From the NCBI GenBank assembly GCA_046597055.1, contig JBKJLC010000062.1, forward strand, positions 1 to 59,757: a stretch of DNA of 59,757 nt. The letters run 5' to 3'. Source of the stretch: Kofleriaceae bacterium. GTDB taxonomy: Bacteria > Myxococcota_A > Polyangia > Haliangiales > Haliangiaceae. The translations under genes and the position numbers were made by a program. The notes under the pieces were generated by a model. That model made no database searches, was not told the DNA's origin, and saw only the letters and a list, made by a program, of their open reading frames with translations. Below, piece by piece: positions 21,989-32,652 of this stretch; position 1 is the stretch's first letter, and each line of letters opens with the position of its first letter.

Positions 21989-22942
21989 ATGGAGAAGGCT
22001 TGCAGCGTGTGCGCGGCGTCGTTCCGGCCCTCGTTCGTCTATCAGGTCGCCGTCACCGGCGAGGGCCAGCGCGGTTACTACTGCACGCTCGAGTGTCGCC
22101 AGAAGGGCCTCGGGGACGAAGCCTTCCGGGCGCGGCGGGCCCGGCGCATCGCCGTGCTCAATCAGAAGGGCGGCACCGGCAAGACCACCACCTCGGTCAA
22201 TCTCGCGGCCGGCGTCGCCGAGCGCGGGCACAAGGTGCTGCTGGTCGACACCGATGCCCAGGGCAACGTCGGCGTCTCGCTCGGCGTGGCCGGTGAGAAG
22301 TCGCTCTACCACGTGCTGGTCGATGGCGCCGACCCGACCGAGGTCGCGGTGCCGGTCCGCCAGCACCTCGACGTGATCACCAGTGACAGCACGCTCGCCG
22401 CCGCCGAGATCTGGCTGGCCCGTCAGGATCCGGCGCCGCGGTCGCGGGTCATGACCCGCCGACTGAACCTCATGCAGGTGTCGCGTCGCTACGACTACGT
22501 CGTGATCGACTGCGGCCCGTCGCTCAACCTGCTCAACCAGAATGCGCTGTCGTACGCCGACGAGGTGGTGATCCCGGTGACGTGCGACTACCTGGCCCTG
22601 GTCGGCGTGAAGCAGGTGCTGCGCACGATCAAGGACGTCGAACGCCACCTCGGCCACACGGTGCGGGTGTCGGCGGTGCTGCCGACGTTCTACGACGGGC
22701 GCACCCGGCTCGCGCGCGAGGTACTCGAGACCCTGCAGGGCCACTTCAAGCAGAAGTGCCTCGATCCGATCCGCATGAACACCCGCCTGGCCGAGGCCCC
22801 CAGTCACCGCAAGAGCATCTTCGAGTACGCGCCGCAGTCGCACGGCGCGGCCGACTACAACCGGGTGGTCGACTGGCTCCTCGCCAGCGCGGCCGTCCAC
22901 CAGCGCACCGGCCCGACCGCCGAATCGACCGTCGCAGCGTGA
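21989..22942 (+). CDS. ParA/Soj-family ATPase with N-terminal TRASH/MYM-like Cys4 domain
   Basis: CSVC...YYCTLEC, then deviant Walker [27 protein letters not shown] and LAEAPS. Confidence 0.92.
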   Translation: MEKACSVCAASFRPSFVYQVAVTGEGQRGYYCTLECRQKGLGDEAFRARRARRIAVLNQKGGTGKTTTSVNLAAGVAERGHKVLLVDTDAQGNVGVSLGVAGEKSLYHVLVDGADPTEVAVPVRQHLDVITSDSTLAAAEIWLARQDPAPRSRVMTRRLNLMQVSRRYDYVVIDCGPSLNLLNQNALSYADEVVIPVTCDYLALVGVKQVLRTIKDVERHLGHTVRVSAVLPTFYDGRTRLAREVLETLQGHFKQKCLDPIRMNTRLAEAPSHRKSIFEYAPQSHGAADYNRVVDWLLASAAVHQRTGPTAESTVAA

Positions 22943-22950
22943 GGACAACC

Positions 22951-23265
<315 letters not shown>

Positions 23266-23327
23266 CCCAGACCAGCGGGGCGGCCCGGTCCGCGCGCGAT
23301 CGGGCGGTGCTACCATCGACGAGCAGT

Positions 23328-23597
23328 ATGTTCGACGACCTGCCCGCCCAGTACGCTGCCTATCTGCTCCGCTTCGAGAAGGTGATCGGCGGCCTCGCCT
23401 TCGGCGAGTTCACCAAGCACGAAGGTCGGCTGATCCAGAAGCTCGCGTTCGACGCGTTCGCGCCGCTCTACACCCACTACATGGCGATGGCCACGCACTA
23501 CCTCGAGGGCGTCGACCGCGGCGATACCATCAACGACCTGGCGGTCAAGCTCATCCGCGACAACGCCGCGCAGCTGATCTTGACCTCGCCGGTGTGA
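23328..23597 (+). CDS. Hypothetical protein (89 aa)
   Basis: MFDDLPAQYAAYLLRFEK..., protein-like composition and high GC3. Confidence 0.65.
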   Translation: MFDDLPAQYAAYLLRFEKVIGGLAFGEFTKHEGRLIQKLAFDAFAPLYTHYMAMATHYLEGVDRGDTINDLAVKLIRDNAAQLILTSPV

Positions 23598-23604
23598 GCC
23601 GCGG

Positions 23605-25119
23605 TCAGAAGGCGCGACCGAGGCCGGCGGTCAGCACGTGGGAGAGGTCGGTGCGCTCGGAGCTGGTGGCGCCGACCACCCGGGTCGACTCGCCCGTCCA
23701 CCGGGTCCGGGCGTAGCCGAAGCGGTAGACCGCGTCGATCTTCCAGGCGCCCTTCCAGCCGTACTGGCCGGCGAGCTGGACCGCGGCCGCCATCGCGCCC
23801 GCCACCGCGCCGTCCTGGTTGCCGGCGGTCTGGCTGCGCGTGCCGGGATAGACCACGTCGACCGAGGCCGAGGCGCCGATCTTGTCGGTCAGCCGCGGCA
23901 TCCGCAGCGCGGTGCCGACGGTCGGGCCCGAAAAGGTCTCGGTCGGGATCTGCGCGAGGTTGTCGAGGTTCGACACCGAGAACAGGCCGTAGTGATAGCC
24001 GAGCCGCGCCCACGCCGTCAGCCCGCTCCGCTTGCGGAAGTCGTAGCCGATCAGCGCGCGCGCATCGATGTCGTGCGTCTTGAACCCGATGTCCTGGGCC
24101 ATCGTCGCCGTTGCGTACCGGATACCGGGCGTCGCGATGCAGCCCAGGTACTCGAGCCCGGCGCCGAGGTAGAGCGTCTTCTTGAACGCGAACACCGCCT
24201 CGCCGCCGAGCGCGACGCTGAGCGCGGTCGACCCGAAGGTGTAGGTCCGGGGCGGATCCGCCGCGGTCGCGGGCCCGTTGGACGCGAACTTGCCTCCGAC
24301 CGACGCGAAGCCCATGCGCGCGCCGAAGGCGAACACCCGCTTCGGGCGCGGCCCGGCACCGTCGGGGTCCGACACCGCGGACGACGCGATCCAGCCGGCC
24401 TCGCCGTCCTCGTCCTCGACCCGGATCCACGCGCCCGAGCTCGACTCTTCGAGGACGGTCAGCTGCGCGCCGCGCCGGACGGTCACCACCGCCCGGCCCT
24501 TCTTCGCCGCGCGCGGGTAGAGCTTGGCCTTGCCGGCGGTGACGGTCACCATCTGGACCTGGTCGGCCCCGGCGTCGCCGGCGTCCTCGTCGATCGCCGG
24601 CTCGTCGTCGCCGTCATCGTCGCGGGTGGTGCGAGCGGCGCGGCGGGGCTGGTCGTCGTCCTCGCCGGCATCGGCGTCGGCGGCGTCCTCGCCGTCGTCG
24701 ATCGAGTCGGCGCCGACCCGATCGTCGGGCGCGTCGCCGGACCAGCCGCGGCGGGTCGAGCGACCATCGACGAACGGACGGCGGCGGGTGTTGCGCGGCA
24801 CGTCGCGCGCCTCGAGCGCGACCACGCTCGACTGGGTGACCCAGCCGGTGCGGCCGTTGACCCGGACCTTGAGCCAGCGGCCCTGCTGCGACACCACGTC
24901 GAGCGACTTGCCCTTGGCGACGTTGGTCACCACGCCCGACTGCTCGCCGGTACGCTTGTAGACCTTGGTCGACTTGGTGGTGCGAACCCGGTCGGCCTGG
25001 GCAACGCCGGCCGAGAGGGTGAGGGCGAGGACGGCGGTGCAGGCGGCGAGCCACCACCCCGCTCGTCCACAGGGCAGCACCCACGCTGGCAGGCCGGGAC
25101 GAGGTCCAGAACGCATCAT
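23605..25119 (-). CDS. Secreted protein with two SH3b domains and a probable C-terminal outer-membrane beta-barrel
   Basis: Signal peptide ending AQA, GRWLKVRVNGRTGWV and GAWIRVEDEDGEAGWI, an acidic linker, amphipathic strands and a terminal Phe. Confidence 0.82.
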   Translation of the reverse strand: MMRSGPRPGLPAWVLPCGRAGWWLAACTAVLALTLSAGVAQADRVRTTKSTKVYKRTGEQSGVVTNVAKGKSLDVVSQQGRWLKVRVNGRTGWVTQSSVVALEARDVPRNTRRRPFVDGRSTRRGWSGDAPDDRVGADSIDDGEDAADADAGEDDDQPRRAARTTRDDDGDDEPAIDEDAGDAGADQVQMVTVTAGKAKLYPRAAKKGRAVVTVRRGAQLTVLEESSSGAWIRVEDEDGEAGWIASSAVSDPDGAGPRPKRVFAFGARMGFASVGGKFASNGPATAADPPRTYTFGSTALSVALGGEAVFAFKKTLYLGAGLEYLGCIATPGIRYATATMAQDIGFKTHDIDARALIGYDFRKRSGLTAWARLGYHYGLFSVSNLDNLAQIPTETFSGPTVGTALRMPRLTDKIGASASVDVVYPGTRSQTAGNQDGAVAGAMAAAVQLAGQYGWKGAWKIDAVYRFGYARTRWTGESTRVVGATSSERTDLSHVLTAGLGRAF

Positions 25120-25381
25120 GGCCTCATCCCCATACAACCCTCGTGCCGACGGGCAATCGATGGGCATCCGCGTACTTGGCGAGGCTTGGAGGCTCCTGGC
25201 GCCAAGAAACTTGAGTTGCGCGGCCGCCAGCGGGGGCTCGCGGTGGGGAGGTGGGTCCCCACCTGCCGGCTGGCCCCGACACCTCGATCTCGGGCGGGCC
25301 CCGAGCCCGAGGGAGGATCCCGAGGTCGCACCCGTACTAAGATTGCGAACCTCTAGTGCGATCCGAGGAGCCCGGACCCAC

Positions 25382-26323
25382 ATGCCTGCACCGACCGACA
25401 AGAACTTCGCCGCTGGCCACTTCGAGGTGGTGATCGACGGGGAGGCGCTCACCGCTTACGTCAAGAGCGTTGACGGTGGCCTCATCAAGGCGACCTCGAC
25501 CGAAGAGGCGATGGGCGCGTACCACATCAAGAACCGGCACCTCGCGACCCGCGAGATCGATCCGCTGACGATCGAGCTGGGCGCGTCGGGTGGCCGGTGG
25601 GCGCTCAACGCGCTCAACGACTTCCTCGAGCGGCGGATCCATGCGCGCCACCAGGGCCAGGTCACCCACGCCGACGCCAACCTGAAGGAGCAGTACACGT
25701 ACAGCTTCAAGCGGGCCCTGATCACCGAGATCACCTTCCCGCCCAAGCTCGACGCCAAGGGCAAGGAGTTCGCGCTCATCAAGGTGAAGATGCAGCCCGA
25801 GGAGATCGACTTCACCCTGGCGCCCGGGCCGACCATCTCGCCGGTGCCGTCCGCCAAGCAGAAGCAGTGGATGACCTCCGCGTTCCGGCTGACCATCGAC
25901 GGCGTCGACACCACCCACTGCATGTCGATCGAGGCCCTGACCTTCAAGATGGGCACGAAGCTGTTCAAGAAGGGCGGCTTCAAGCTGCCCGAGTACATGC
26001 CGACCAAGCTCGAGATGCCCAAGCTCTCGTTCACCATGCCGATGAAGTTCGCCGGCTCGGTGATCGAGTGGTATCGCTCCGCGATCGCGAAGGAAGGCTC
26101 GGAGGCCGCCACCGACGCGGTCTACGAGAAGAACGGCTCGATCGAGCTCCTCGATCCGAGCCACTCGAAGACCGTCTACGAGATCGAGCTGTTCAACATC
26201 GGCCCCGAGAACTTCACGATCATGAAGAGCGAGGCGAACAAGGCCGAGACCAAGATCTGCAAGTTCGACGCGTACATCACCAGCGTGAAGCCGCTGAAGG
26301 GCGTCAGCGGTCTCCTCGGGTAG
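25382..26323 (+). CDS. Phage/eCIS tail-tube protein (T4 gp19-like), two tandem domains
   Basis: Both halves begin FEVVIDG / FRLTIDG. The second has EWY...KNGSIELLD. GAGGAG RBS upstream. Confidence 0.78.
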   Translation: MPAPTDKNFAAGHFEVVIDGEALTAYVKSVDGGLIKATSTEEAMGAYHIKNRHLATREIDPLTIELGASGGRWALNALNDFLERRIHARHQGQVTHADANLKEQYTYSFKRALITEITFPPKLDAKGKEFALIKVKMQPEEIDFTLAPGPTISPVPSAKQKQWMTSAFRLTIDGVDTTHCMSIEALTFKMGTKLFKKGGFKLPEYMPTKLEMPKLSFTMPMKFAGSVIEWYRSAIAKEGSEAATDAVYEKNGSIELLDPSHSKTVYEIELFNIGPENFTIMKSEANKAETKICKFDAYITSVKPLKGVSGLLG

Positions 26324-26347
26324 TCGCGCGCCACGCCGCGGGCCGCG

Positions 26348-27079
26348 CTAGCGATCCACGGCGAGCACGTAGAGATCGTAGAGCGCGTGGGCCCACACCG
26401 CATGCGCGAGTGACCGGAACCAGAAGATCAGGCCGAACGCGACCCCGGCGAGCGCGCGGAACGCGAACACCCGCGGGTCCCACGGCTCGCCGGCCCAGTG
26501 GTGGGCGGCCGAGAACACCAGCGCCGACGCGGCCAGGGCCAGCAACCACGCCGCCGGGCCCGGCAGTCCAGCGCGGCGCAGCAGGTGCGCGCCGCCCGCC
26601 AGGCCGATCAGCCGGAACAGCAGCTCCTCGTGGAGGCCGGCCCCGAGCGCGGCCACGAGGCCGTCGCCGGCGCCCAACCCGAGCCCCCGGGTGAGCACGA
26701 GATCGATCACGGCGGCGAGCGACATCGCGTAGATCGCCGCCTCGATCAGCACCGGCGTGGCGACGTCGAGCGTGAGCGCGGTGCGACGCCCGGCGCGCGC
26801 GACCCACACCAGGAAGCCGGCGGCGAGCGCGGCGTAGATCAGCAGGTAGGTGTCGCGGTCGTGGCCGCACAGGCGCCACAGCGCGCGGGTCGGGACGTCG
26901 ACCGCCGAGACGGTGCCGGCGAGGAGCGCACCGACGCCGTAGACGAGCGCGAGCGGGAAGCACAGCGCGAGGCTGGCCCCGAGGTCGCCGTGACCGGTCC
27001 ACGCCGGCGCGGCCGGGGCCGGCGGCGCCGGGGTGCGCGTGGTCGCCGACCGCCGCGGCGCGGGTCGGGCCCGGCTCAT
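26348..27079 (-). CDS. CPBP (Abi/CAAX type II) intramembrane glutamic protease
   Basis: GLHEELLFR, FSAAHH and AVWAHALYD motifs, with multiple TM segments. Confidence 0.9.
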   Translation of the reverse strand: MSRARPAPRRSATTRTPAPPAPAAPAWTGHGDLGASLALCFPLALVYGVGALLAGTVSAVDVPTRALWRLCGHDRDTYLLIYAALAAGFLVWVARAGRRTALTLDVATPVLIEAAIYAMSLAAVIDLVLTRGLGLGAGDGLVAALGAGLHEELLFRLIGLAGGAHLLRRAGLPGPAAWLLALAASALVFSAAHHWAGEPWDPRVFAFRALAGVAFGLIFWFRSLAHAVWAHALYDLYVLAVDR

Positions 27080-29580
27080 ACCTGTCCGACCCGACGGCGC
27101 GACCGCGACCGCGACGGGCGGGTCGGCCGCCGCGGCGGCACCCGCTGGTCTTGCCAGCGCTTCACGCCCGGCGTCCGGTCCGGTGGGCGGACGGTCACGA
27201 CCACCGCATCGTCCCAACGGAGCACGCGGGCGGCGACCCGTCGGACCGCGGCCAGATCGACGGGGTCGGCCGCGGCCGCGGTCCCGGTGAGCTCGGCCAG
27301 GACCAGGGCATCGGCGTGCCGGACCGGATCGGCCGGCGCGACCGGCGGCTGCGCGACCGCGGTGGCCCGGCTGACCTCGGCCGCGGTCGGCCCCTCGGTC
27401 GCGAGCGTCTCGAGCACGGTGCGGACCGTCGCGATCGTCCCGGCCAGGACCGCGGCGCTCTCGAGCTCGATCGCGAGGTAGCCGTCGTCGGGACCGTCGC
27501 CGGTGGTCACCGCGATCGCGTGGACCGTGGCCGCCGGCAGCGCCCGGCGGAGCCGCCCGCCGGGACCGTCGAGGATCGCGGCGAGCACGGCAAGCGCGGT
27601 GCGATCAGCGTCGCCGGTCGCGAGGCCGGGCAGGCCGATCGCGAGCGCGCCAGCGCCGGGCCGACCGTCGACGAACACCTGGCGTGGCGTGCGCGCGCCG
27701 GCCGGCGTCGGGCCGCGCGGCCGGGCCGCGGTCACCGAGCGGGCCCGCGCCGCCGGCACCCGGTCGAAGCGGGCCCGGACCGCGGCAATCGCGACGTCCG
27801 GATCGAGGTCACCGACCACGACGATCACCGCGGTCGCGGCCGGGTAACGGTCGGCGAAGGCGCGCTCGAGATCGGTGCGGGTGATGGCCTCGAGCGCCAC
27901 CGGGTCGGCGAGTGGCTCGCGCCCGAGCGGGTGCCCGGCCCAGCGGGTGGCCAGGTAGGCGCGGAAGGCACGACGGGTCGGGCTGCCCGCGATGGCGGCG
28001 GCCAGGTCGCGCAGCCGGCCGCGCTCGCGCGCGACGTCCTCGGTGGCGAGGTCCGGATCGGTCGCGCAGGCGGCGACCACCGCGAGGCCCTCGGACCAGA
28101 CCTCGACCGGCCACGACGAGCGCAGCCCGAAGCTCCACCGGCCGGCCACGCCGGCCAGCGCGCCACCGAGCCCGGCGACATCGGCGGCGAGATCGCGGCC
28201 GCGGCACGCCGACGGCAGCACCGCGGCCAGGAGCGCGGTCGACCCGCGCGCGCCGGCCGGCTCGGACGCGTAGCCGCCGGGCCAGGCGACCCGGATCGCG
28301 ACCCGCGCCGCGCCCGGGGCGCGTACCGCGACCACCCGGACGCCGCTGGCCAGGGTCGCGCGCACCGGCGCCGCCGGCGTCGGCGACCGGCGCGGCCGGC
28401 GGGCCGGCCGCGCCATCGGCGTGGCGACCCGTACCCCTCGCGCCGGATCGAGCCCATGCACCGCCCGCGCGACCTCGGCGGCGCCGACCTGCGCGACCCG
28501 AGCGCGGAACCGCGCGGTCCAGGCGGGGTCACCGGCGAGGTGCTGGCCGACCGCCAGCTCGCTGGCGCGGCCGCGCACGCCGGGCACGGGACACCCGACG
28601 CCGGCGCGCGCGTGGGCCAGCTCGCCGGGGCTCGCCTCCGCGAGCCGCGCCAGCGCGGCGAGCACGTGGGCGGTGGCCGGCGGCTCGCCGCGGCCGGTGA
28701 TCGCGAGCAGGCCGGCGCGCGCCCGCATGATCAGCTCGACCGCGTCGAAGCCGCCGTCGACCTCGGCTTCGGGCCAGCGTGCGGCCCCGACCATCGCGAG
28801 TGCGGCGACGACCGCGAGCTCGGCGACCGGCGCGACCAGGATGCCCGGCACTGGTAGCCCGATGGCCCAGCGACCGGCCGGGCACGCCGGCACGGGTGCC
28901 GCACCCCGACGAGTCACGACTGACCGTCGGGTCGGCGCCGCGGGACCCGCCAGCGGCGACCAGACCCGCTCGACCGCGCGAGCATCGGCACCGCGGACCA
29001 CGAGTGTGGTGCGGGCGGGCCGGTAGCTCCGGCGCCAGTACGCCGCGATCGCGCCCGGACCCGCGTCGCCGTGGTCGCCGTGGCGGCCCGGCCACGCCCG
29101 CGCGAACAGGGCCTGGCCCAGGGCCGAGCCCGGCGGCTCGGCCGCGATCGCCCGGCGCTCGCGCGCGACCATCGCCAGCGCGTCGCGGTCGGGCGCGGCC
29201 GCACGGGCGATCACCCCGAGCGCGGCGGCCAGGCCGGTCATCGATGGGACCACCGCGCGGAACACGGTCGCGTCGGGCGTGACCCAGCCATCGAGCGCGG
29301 TCGCGGCGTCACGCTCGCGCTCGGCCTGCGCCAGCGCGACGTGCTCGGCGAGGTGAGCGACCCCGGCGCTGCCGGGCAGCTCGTCGCCGGTGCCGCTGCC
29401 CACCCAGGCCTCGACCGTGACCGGCCCGCGTCGGCCCGCGGGATCGACGATCAGCGTCAGGCCGCTGGCGAGAGTCGACGTGTGCACGGTGGACCAGGTT
29501 GCGTTGCCCATGACCACGCCGGCGGCGATCGCCAGGGCGGCGCGCCAGCGACGATGGGCACAGGTGAGCGCGGGGGGCAC
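27076..29580 (-). CDS. M16 (insulinase/pitrilysin-like) peptidase, divergent
   Basis: TLASGL..., GVAHLAEH (inverted HxxEH), second half RATLASGVRVV...VVVGD. Start is uncertain (29580 or 29511). Confidence 0.78.
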   Translation of the reverse strand: MPPALTCAHRRWRAALAIAAGVVMGNATWSTVHTSTLASGLTLIVDPAGRRGPVTVEAWVGSGTGDELPGSAGVAHLAEHVALAQAERERDAATALDGWVTPDATVFRAVVPSMTGLAAALGVIARAAAPDRDALAMVARERRAIAAEPPGSALGQALFARAWPGRHGDHGDAGPGAIAAYWRRSYRPARTTLVVRGADARAVERVWSPLAGPAAPTRRSVVTRRGAAPVPACPAGRWAIGLPVPGILVAPVAELAVVAALAMVGAARWPEAEVDGGFDAVELIMRARAGLLAITGRGEPPATAHVLAALARLAEASPGELAHARAGVGCPVPGVRGRASELAVGQHLAGDPAWTARFRARVAQVGAAEVARAVHGLDPARGVRVATPMARPARRPRRSPTPAAPVRATLASGVRVVAVRAPGAARVAIRVAWPGGYASEPAGARGSTALLAAVLPSACRGRDLAADVAGLGGALAGVAGRWSFGLRSSWPVEVWSEGLAVVAACATDPDLATEDVARERGRLRDLAAAIAGSPTRRAFRAYLATRWAGHPLGREPLADPVALEAITRTDLERAFADRYPAATAVIVVVGDLDPDVAIAAVRARFDRVPAARARSVTAARPRGPTPAGARTPRQVFVDGRPGAGALAIGLPGLATGDADRTALAVLAAILDGPGGRLRRALPAATVHAIAVTTGDGPDDGYLAIELESAAVLAGTIATVRTVLETLATEGPTAAEVSRATAVAQPPVAPADPVRHADALVLAELTGTAAAADPVDLAAVRRVAARVLRWDDAVVVTVRPPDRTPGVKRWQDQRVPPRRPTRPSRSRSRRRVGQV

Positions 29581-29705
29581 GTTTTCGGGCGCAGCATAGC
29601 CCGGGCGTACGGCTGCCCGTGAAGCACCCTCGCCGACGACTTTGCGCCGCCAGAAGCCCGGCGCCGGCACCGGCGGGAGCCGGGGCAACGGGCTAGTCTC
29701 CGCTC

Positions 29706-30281
29706 GTGGCCCACCTGCCGGCCGGTATCCCCGTCCTCACCGCCTCGCGTCTGCGGCTCCGGCCCTACCTGCCCCCCGATGCCCTGGCGGTGACCGAGCT
29801 CGCCGGCGACGCCGAGGTGAGCCGTTACCTCATCCACGTGCCGCACCCGTATCCGATCGGCCTGGCCGAGGCCTGGATCGCCACCCACGCCGACGCGTGG
29901 GCCCAGGGGCTCGGTGTGACCTGGGCGATCACCCGGCTCGCCGATGGCGTCGTGGTCGGCACCGCCAGCCTGCGCTGGGTCCGCCGCCACGATCACGCCG
30001 AGCTCGGCTACTGGCTCGGACGTGGCCACTGGGGCCAGGGCTACGCCGGCGAGGCTGCCGGCGCCGCCCTCGACTGGGCGTTCGAAGGCCTGCGGTGCGC
30101 CCGCGTGTTCGCCCAGCACCTGGCGGGCAATGATCGCTCGGCGCACATCCTGCGCAAGCTGGGCATGACCGCCGAGGGCGTCCGCCGCGCCCACATCAAG
30201 AAGGCCGGCCGCTACCACGACACCTTCCAGTTCGGCATCCTGCGCGCCGAGCACGTCGCCGGCCGCGGCCAGCCGCGCTGA
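29706..30281 (+). CDS. GNAT N-acetyltransferase, RimJ/RimL type
   Basis: AELGYWLGRGHWGQGYAGEA...NDRSAHILRKLGMTAEG. Confidence 0.93.
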   Translation: MAHLPAGIPVLTASRLRLRPYLPPDALAVTELAGDAEVSRYLIHVPHPYPIGLAEAWIATHADAWAQGLGVTWAITRLADGVVVGTASLRWVRRHDHAELGYWLGRGHWGQGYAGEAAGAALDWAFEGLRCARVFAQHLAGNDRSAHILRKLGMTAEGVRRAHIKKAGRYHDTFQFGILRAEHVAGRGQPR

Positions 30282-30560
30282 TCGAAGCCGCGGCTCAGGG
30301 CGGCGCGGCGCCGGCGGCGGCGCCGGCCTCGCCAGGGCAACCCGCGATCGCCGTGCGCATCGGCCAGCCGCCCTCGTGGGCGCGCAGCGCGTGGGCCTTC
30401 TCGGGGCCGAGCCTGGCGGCCAGTGATGCGGCGATCTCCTGCAGAGGTCGCGCATGCGTCTTTCGACCGGCATTGCCTCTATCCCCCTCGCCGGCCCGAC
30501 CCTTGCTGTTCCCCTTCTCGCACTCCCCGCCCGGCCAGTTCCGTGAGGTTACGCCCAGCC

Positions 30561-31961
30561 ATGTCGACAATCGCAACGCGTCCCCGCCGCACTGTCGTCC
30601 TCGCCGCCATCCTCGCCGCCACCGCAGCCGCCGTCCCCGGCTGCGCCGCCCCTGGCTCCGGCACGCCCCTCCCCGGCGACGACCCTGACGCGCCCGACAC
30701 CACCGCCCCCACGCCAGACGCCGCCCCGACCGACCCCGACGCCGCTCCCGCGACCGCCACCGGCTGCGCGCCCGGCGCCCCGGGCGTCGCCTGCCTGCTC
30801 GCCCGCCACGACGAGCTCCGCACCGTGTGCGACCCGACCCGCCTGGCCGCGCTGGTCTCCGATCTCACCGCCCGTCGCGGCAGCTTCCCGCTGTGGCATG
30901 CCGGCACCGCCCTGTTCGCCGCCGACCGCGAGCACGCCATCGCCGGCGCCTGGAACAGCTGGCGCACCGACCAGACCCGCACCACCCGGCTGTGCGAGAG
31001 CACGCTCCACACCGCGACTGCCCAGGTGCCGTCGGGCGTTCACCCCTACAAGGTCGTCGCCAGCAACACGTGGACACTCGACGCCTGGTCCTGGTCGTTC
31101 GCATACGACGACCACGTCGGCAACAGGGACGGCCGGAACTCGATCCTGGCCACTCACGACGCCGCGCGCGGCCGCCTGGTCGCGGTGCCCGACCCGCTGT
31201 GCTCGACGCCGCTCGGCAACTGCCGCGCGATGGTCGCCTACCTGCCGCCCGGCTACGACGCACCGGCCAGCGCGGCCCGCCGCTATCCCGTGCTGTTCAT
31301 GCACGACGGCCAGAACGTGTTCGACGACCACGACTGCTGCTTCGGCCACACGGGCTGGGAGATCAACGTCGCGCTCGACGCCGAGATCGCGGCCGGCCGG
31401 GTCGAGGAGATCGTGGTGGTCGCGGTCGAGCACGGCGGTAGCGCCCGCAATCCCGAGTACGGCTGGGCCGAGTCGGCCGGCGGCAAGCAGGAGAGCTTCA
31501 TGGCCTTCCAGCTCGACACCGTGCAGCCGCAGGCGGCCGCGCTGTGGCGGCTCGACCCCGCCCGCCAGATCGTCGCCGGCTCGTCGCTCGGCGGCCTGAT
31601 CTCGATGCGCCTCGCCCTCGAGCACCCCGACGTGTACGCCGGGGCAGCCTCGCTGTCGGGCGCGTTCTGGGCGGGCCTGGACACCGGCACCGCGCTGCGC
31701 GATCGCCTGCCCGCGATCGGCAAGGTGCCGATGGCGCTCTACCTGGATCATGGCGGTACCAGCGCCGGCGGCGATGGCTACCCCGACAACCTCGCGATCC
31801 GCGACCAGCTGGTCGGGCTGGGCTGGGCCCGCGCCGACTCGCCGAACTGCGTCCCCGGCGACGACACGCTCTGCTATCACCACGAGCCGGGCGCGGCCCA
31901 CGACGAGCTCGCCTGGCGCGACCGGACCTGGCACTTCCTGCGCTTCTTCTTCGGCCGCTGA
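30561..31961 (+). CDS. Lipoprotein alpha/beta hydrolase (Fes/enterochelin-esterase-like)
   Basis: Lipobox-like VPGC, YLPPGY, RYPVLFMHDGQN, nucleophile GSSLGG and HDELAW. Confidence 0.88.
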   Translation: MSTIATRPRRTVVLAAILAATAAAVPGCAAPGSGTPLPGDDPDAPDTTAPTPDAAPTDPDAAPATATGCAPGAPGVACLLARHDELRTVCDPTRLAALVSDLTARRGSFPLWHAGTALFAADREHAIAGAWNSWRTDQTRTTRLCESTLHTATAQVPSGVHPYKVVASNTWTLDAWSWSFAYDDHVGNRDGRNSILATHDAARGRLVAVPDPLCSTPLGNCRAMVAYLPPGYDAPASAARRYPVLFMHDGQNVFDDHDCCFGHTGWEINVALDAEIAAGRVEEIVVVAVEHGGSARNPEYGWAESAGGKQESFMAFQLDTVQPQAAALWRLDPARQIVAGSSLGGLISMRLALEHPDVYAGAASLSGAFWAGLDTGTALRDRLPAIGKVPMALYLDHGGTSAGGDGYPDNLAIRDQLVGLGWARADSPNCVPGDDTLCYHHEPGAAHDELAWRDRTWHFLRFFFGR

Positions 31962-31989
31962 ACCTCGCCGCGCTCCCTGAGCGCCGCGG

Positions 31990-32607
31990 TCACGGCTCGG
32001 GTGGCGCCACGACCGGAATGATCTCCTCGAGGATCGCGGGGTCGTCGGCCCGCGCCGGCGACAGCAGGTACACGCCGATCAGGCTGTCGGCGGTCGCGAA
32101 CGCGATCCACGACCGGGTCCGCTCCGGGATCCGCTGGCGGCCGAAGATCTGATCGCGCGCCGCCTGCGATGGCGGGGTGTCGAGCCCGCGCTTCTCGATG
32201 AGCTGGTTCCAGCGCTCCTGCGCCCGGAGCTCGTCGGTCCAGCGCTCGAAGCGGGCCAGGCGGATCAGCCGGCCGTCCCGGTAGTGGGCGACCACCCAGG
32301 CTTGGCCGAACCCGGCGCCCGGTCGGTCGCACTGGGGAAACACCTCCTCGGCCGCCGCCGGCTCGCCGCGGCGACAGAAGTCGTAGGCCCGCAGCGCGTG
32401 CGCGGTCTCGTCCGGCGACAGGCCGAGCGTGACGCCGAGCGGCCCCTCGGCGCGCTGAGCCGCACAGGCCGACACGACCACCAGGGCCACCGTCGCGGCC
32501 AGGATCGACCAGGCCCGCCGCCCCGTCGACGATCCGCCTGAGTCGGGCGCCGCGCCGCGCGGAGCCAGCCGTGTCTGCTCCGAACGCCAGGAGGTCACCG
32601 GGGCCAT
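31990..32607 (-). CDS. Hypothetical lipoprotein
   Basis: ILAATVALVVVSAC lipobox followed by a protein-like body. Start uncertain. Confidence 0.6.
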   Translation of the reverse strand: MAPVTSWRSEQTRLAPRGAAPDSGGSSTGRRAWSILAATVALVVVSACAAQRAEGPLGVTLGLSPDETAHALRAYDFCRRGEPAAAEEVFPQCDRPGAGFGQAWVVAHYRDGRLIRLARFERWTDELRAQERWNQLIEKRGLDTPPSQAARDQIFGRQRIPERTRSWIAFATADSLIGVYLLSPARADDPAILEEIIPVVAPPEP

Positions 32608-32652
32608 ATGCGAGCTGACCATATCACCGGGCCCCGTGATATGGCTTCGCGC

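Noticed and set aside
21989..22942. Chromosomal parAB/origin locus
   Set aside because: No ParB, no parS palindrome noticed, no dnaA/gidAB context, and the protein has an extra Cys4 domain.
25382..26323. Prophage
   Set aside because: No capsid, terminase, integrase, sheath or lysis genes in the window, and the flanks are ordinary cellular genes.
30295..30576. 93-aa minus-strand ORF between the GNAT and esterase genes
   Set aside because: No motif, a poor start context and overlap with the esterase start. At most a gene remnant.
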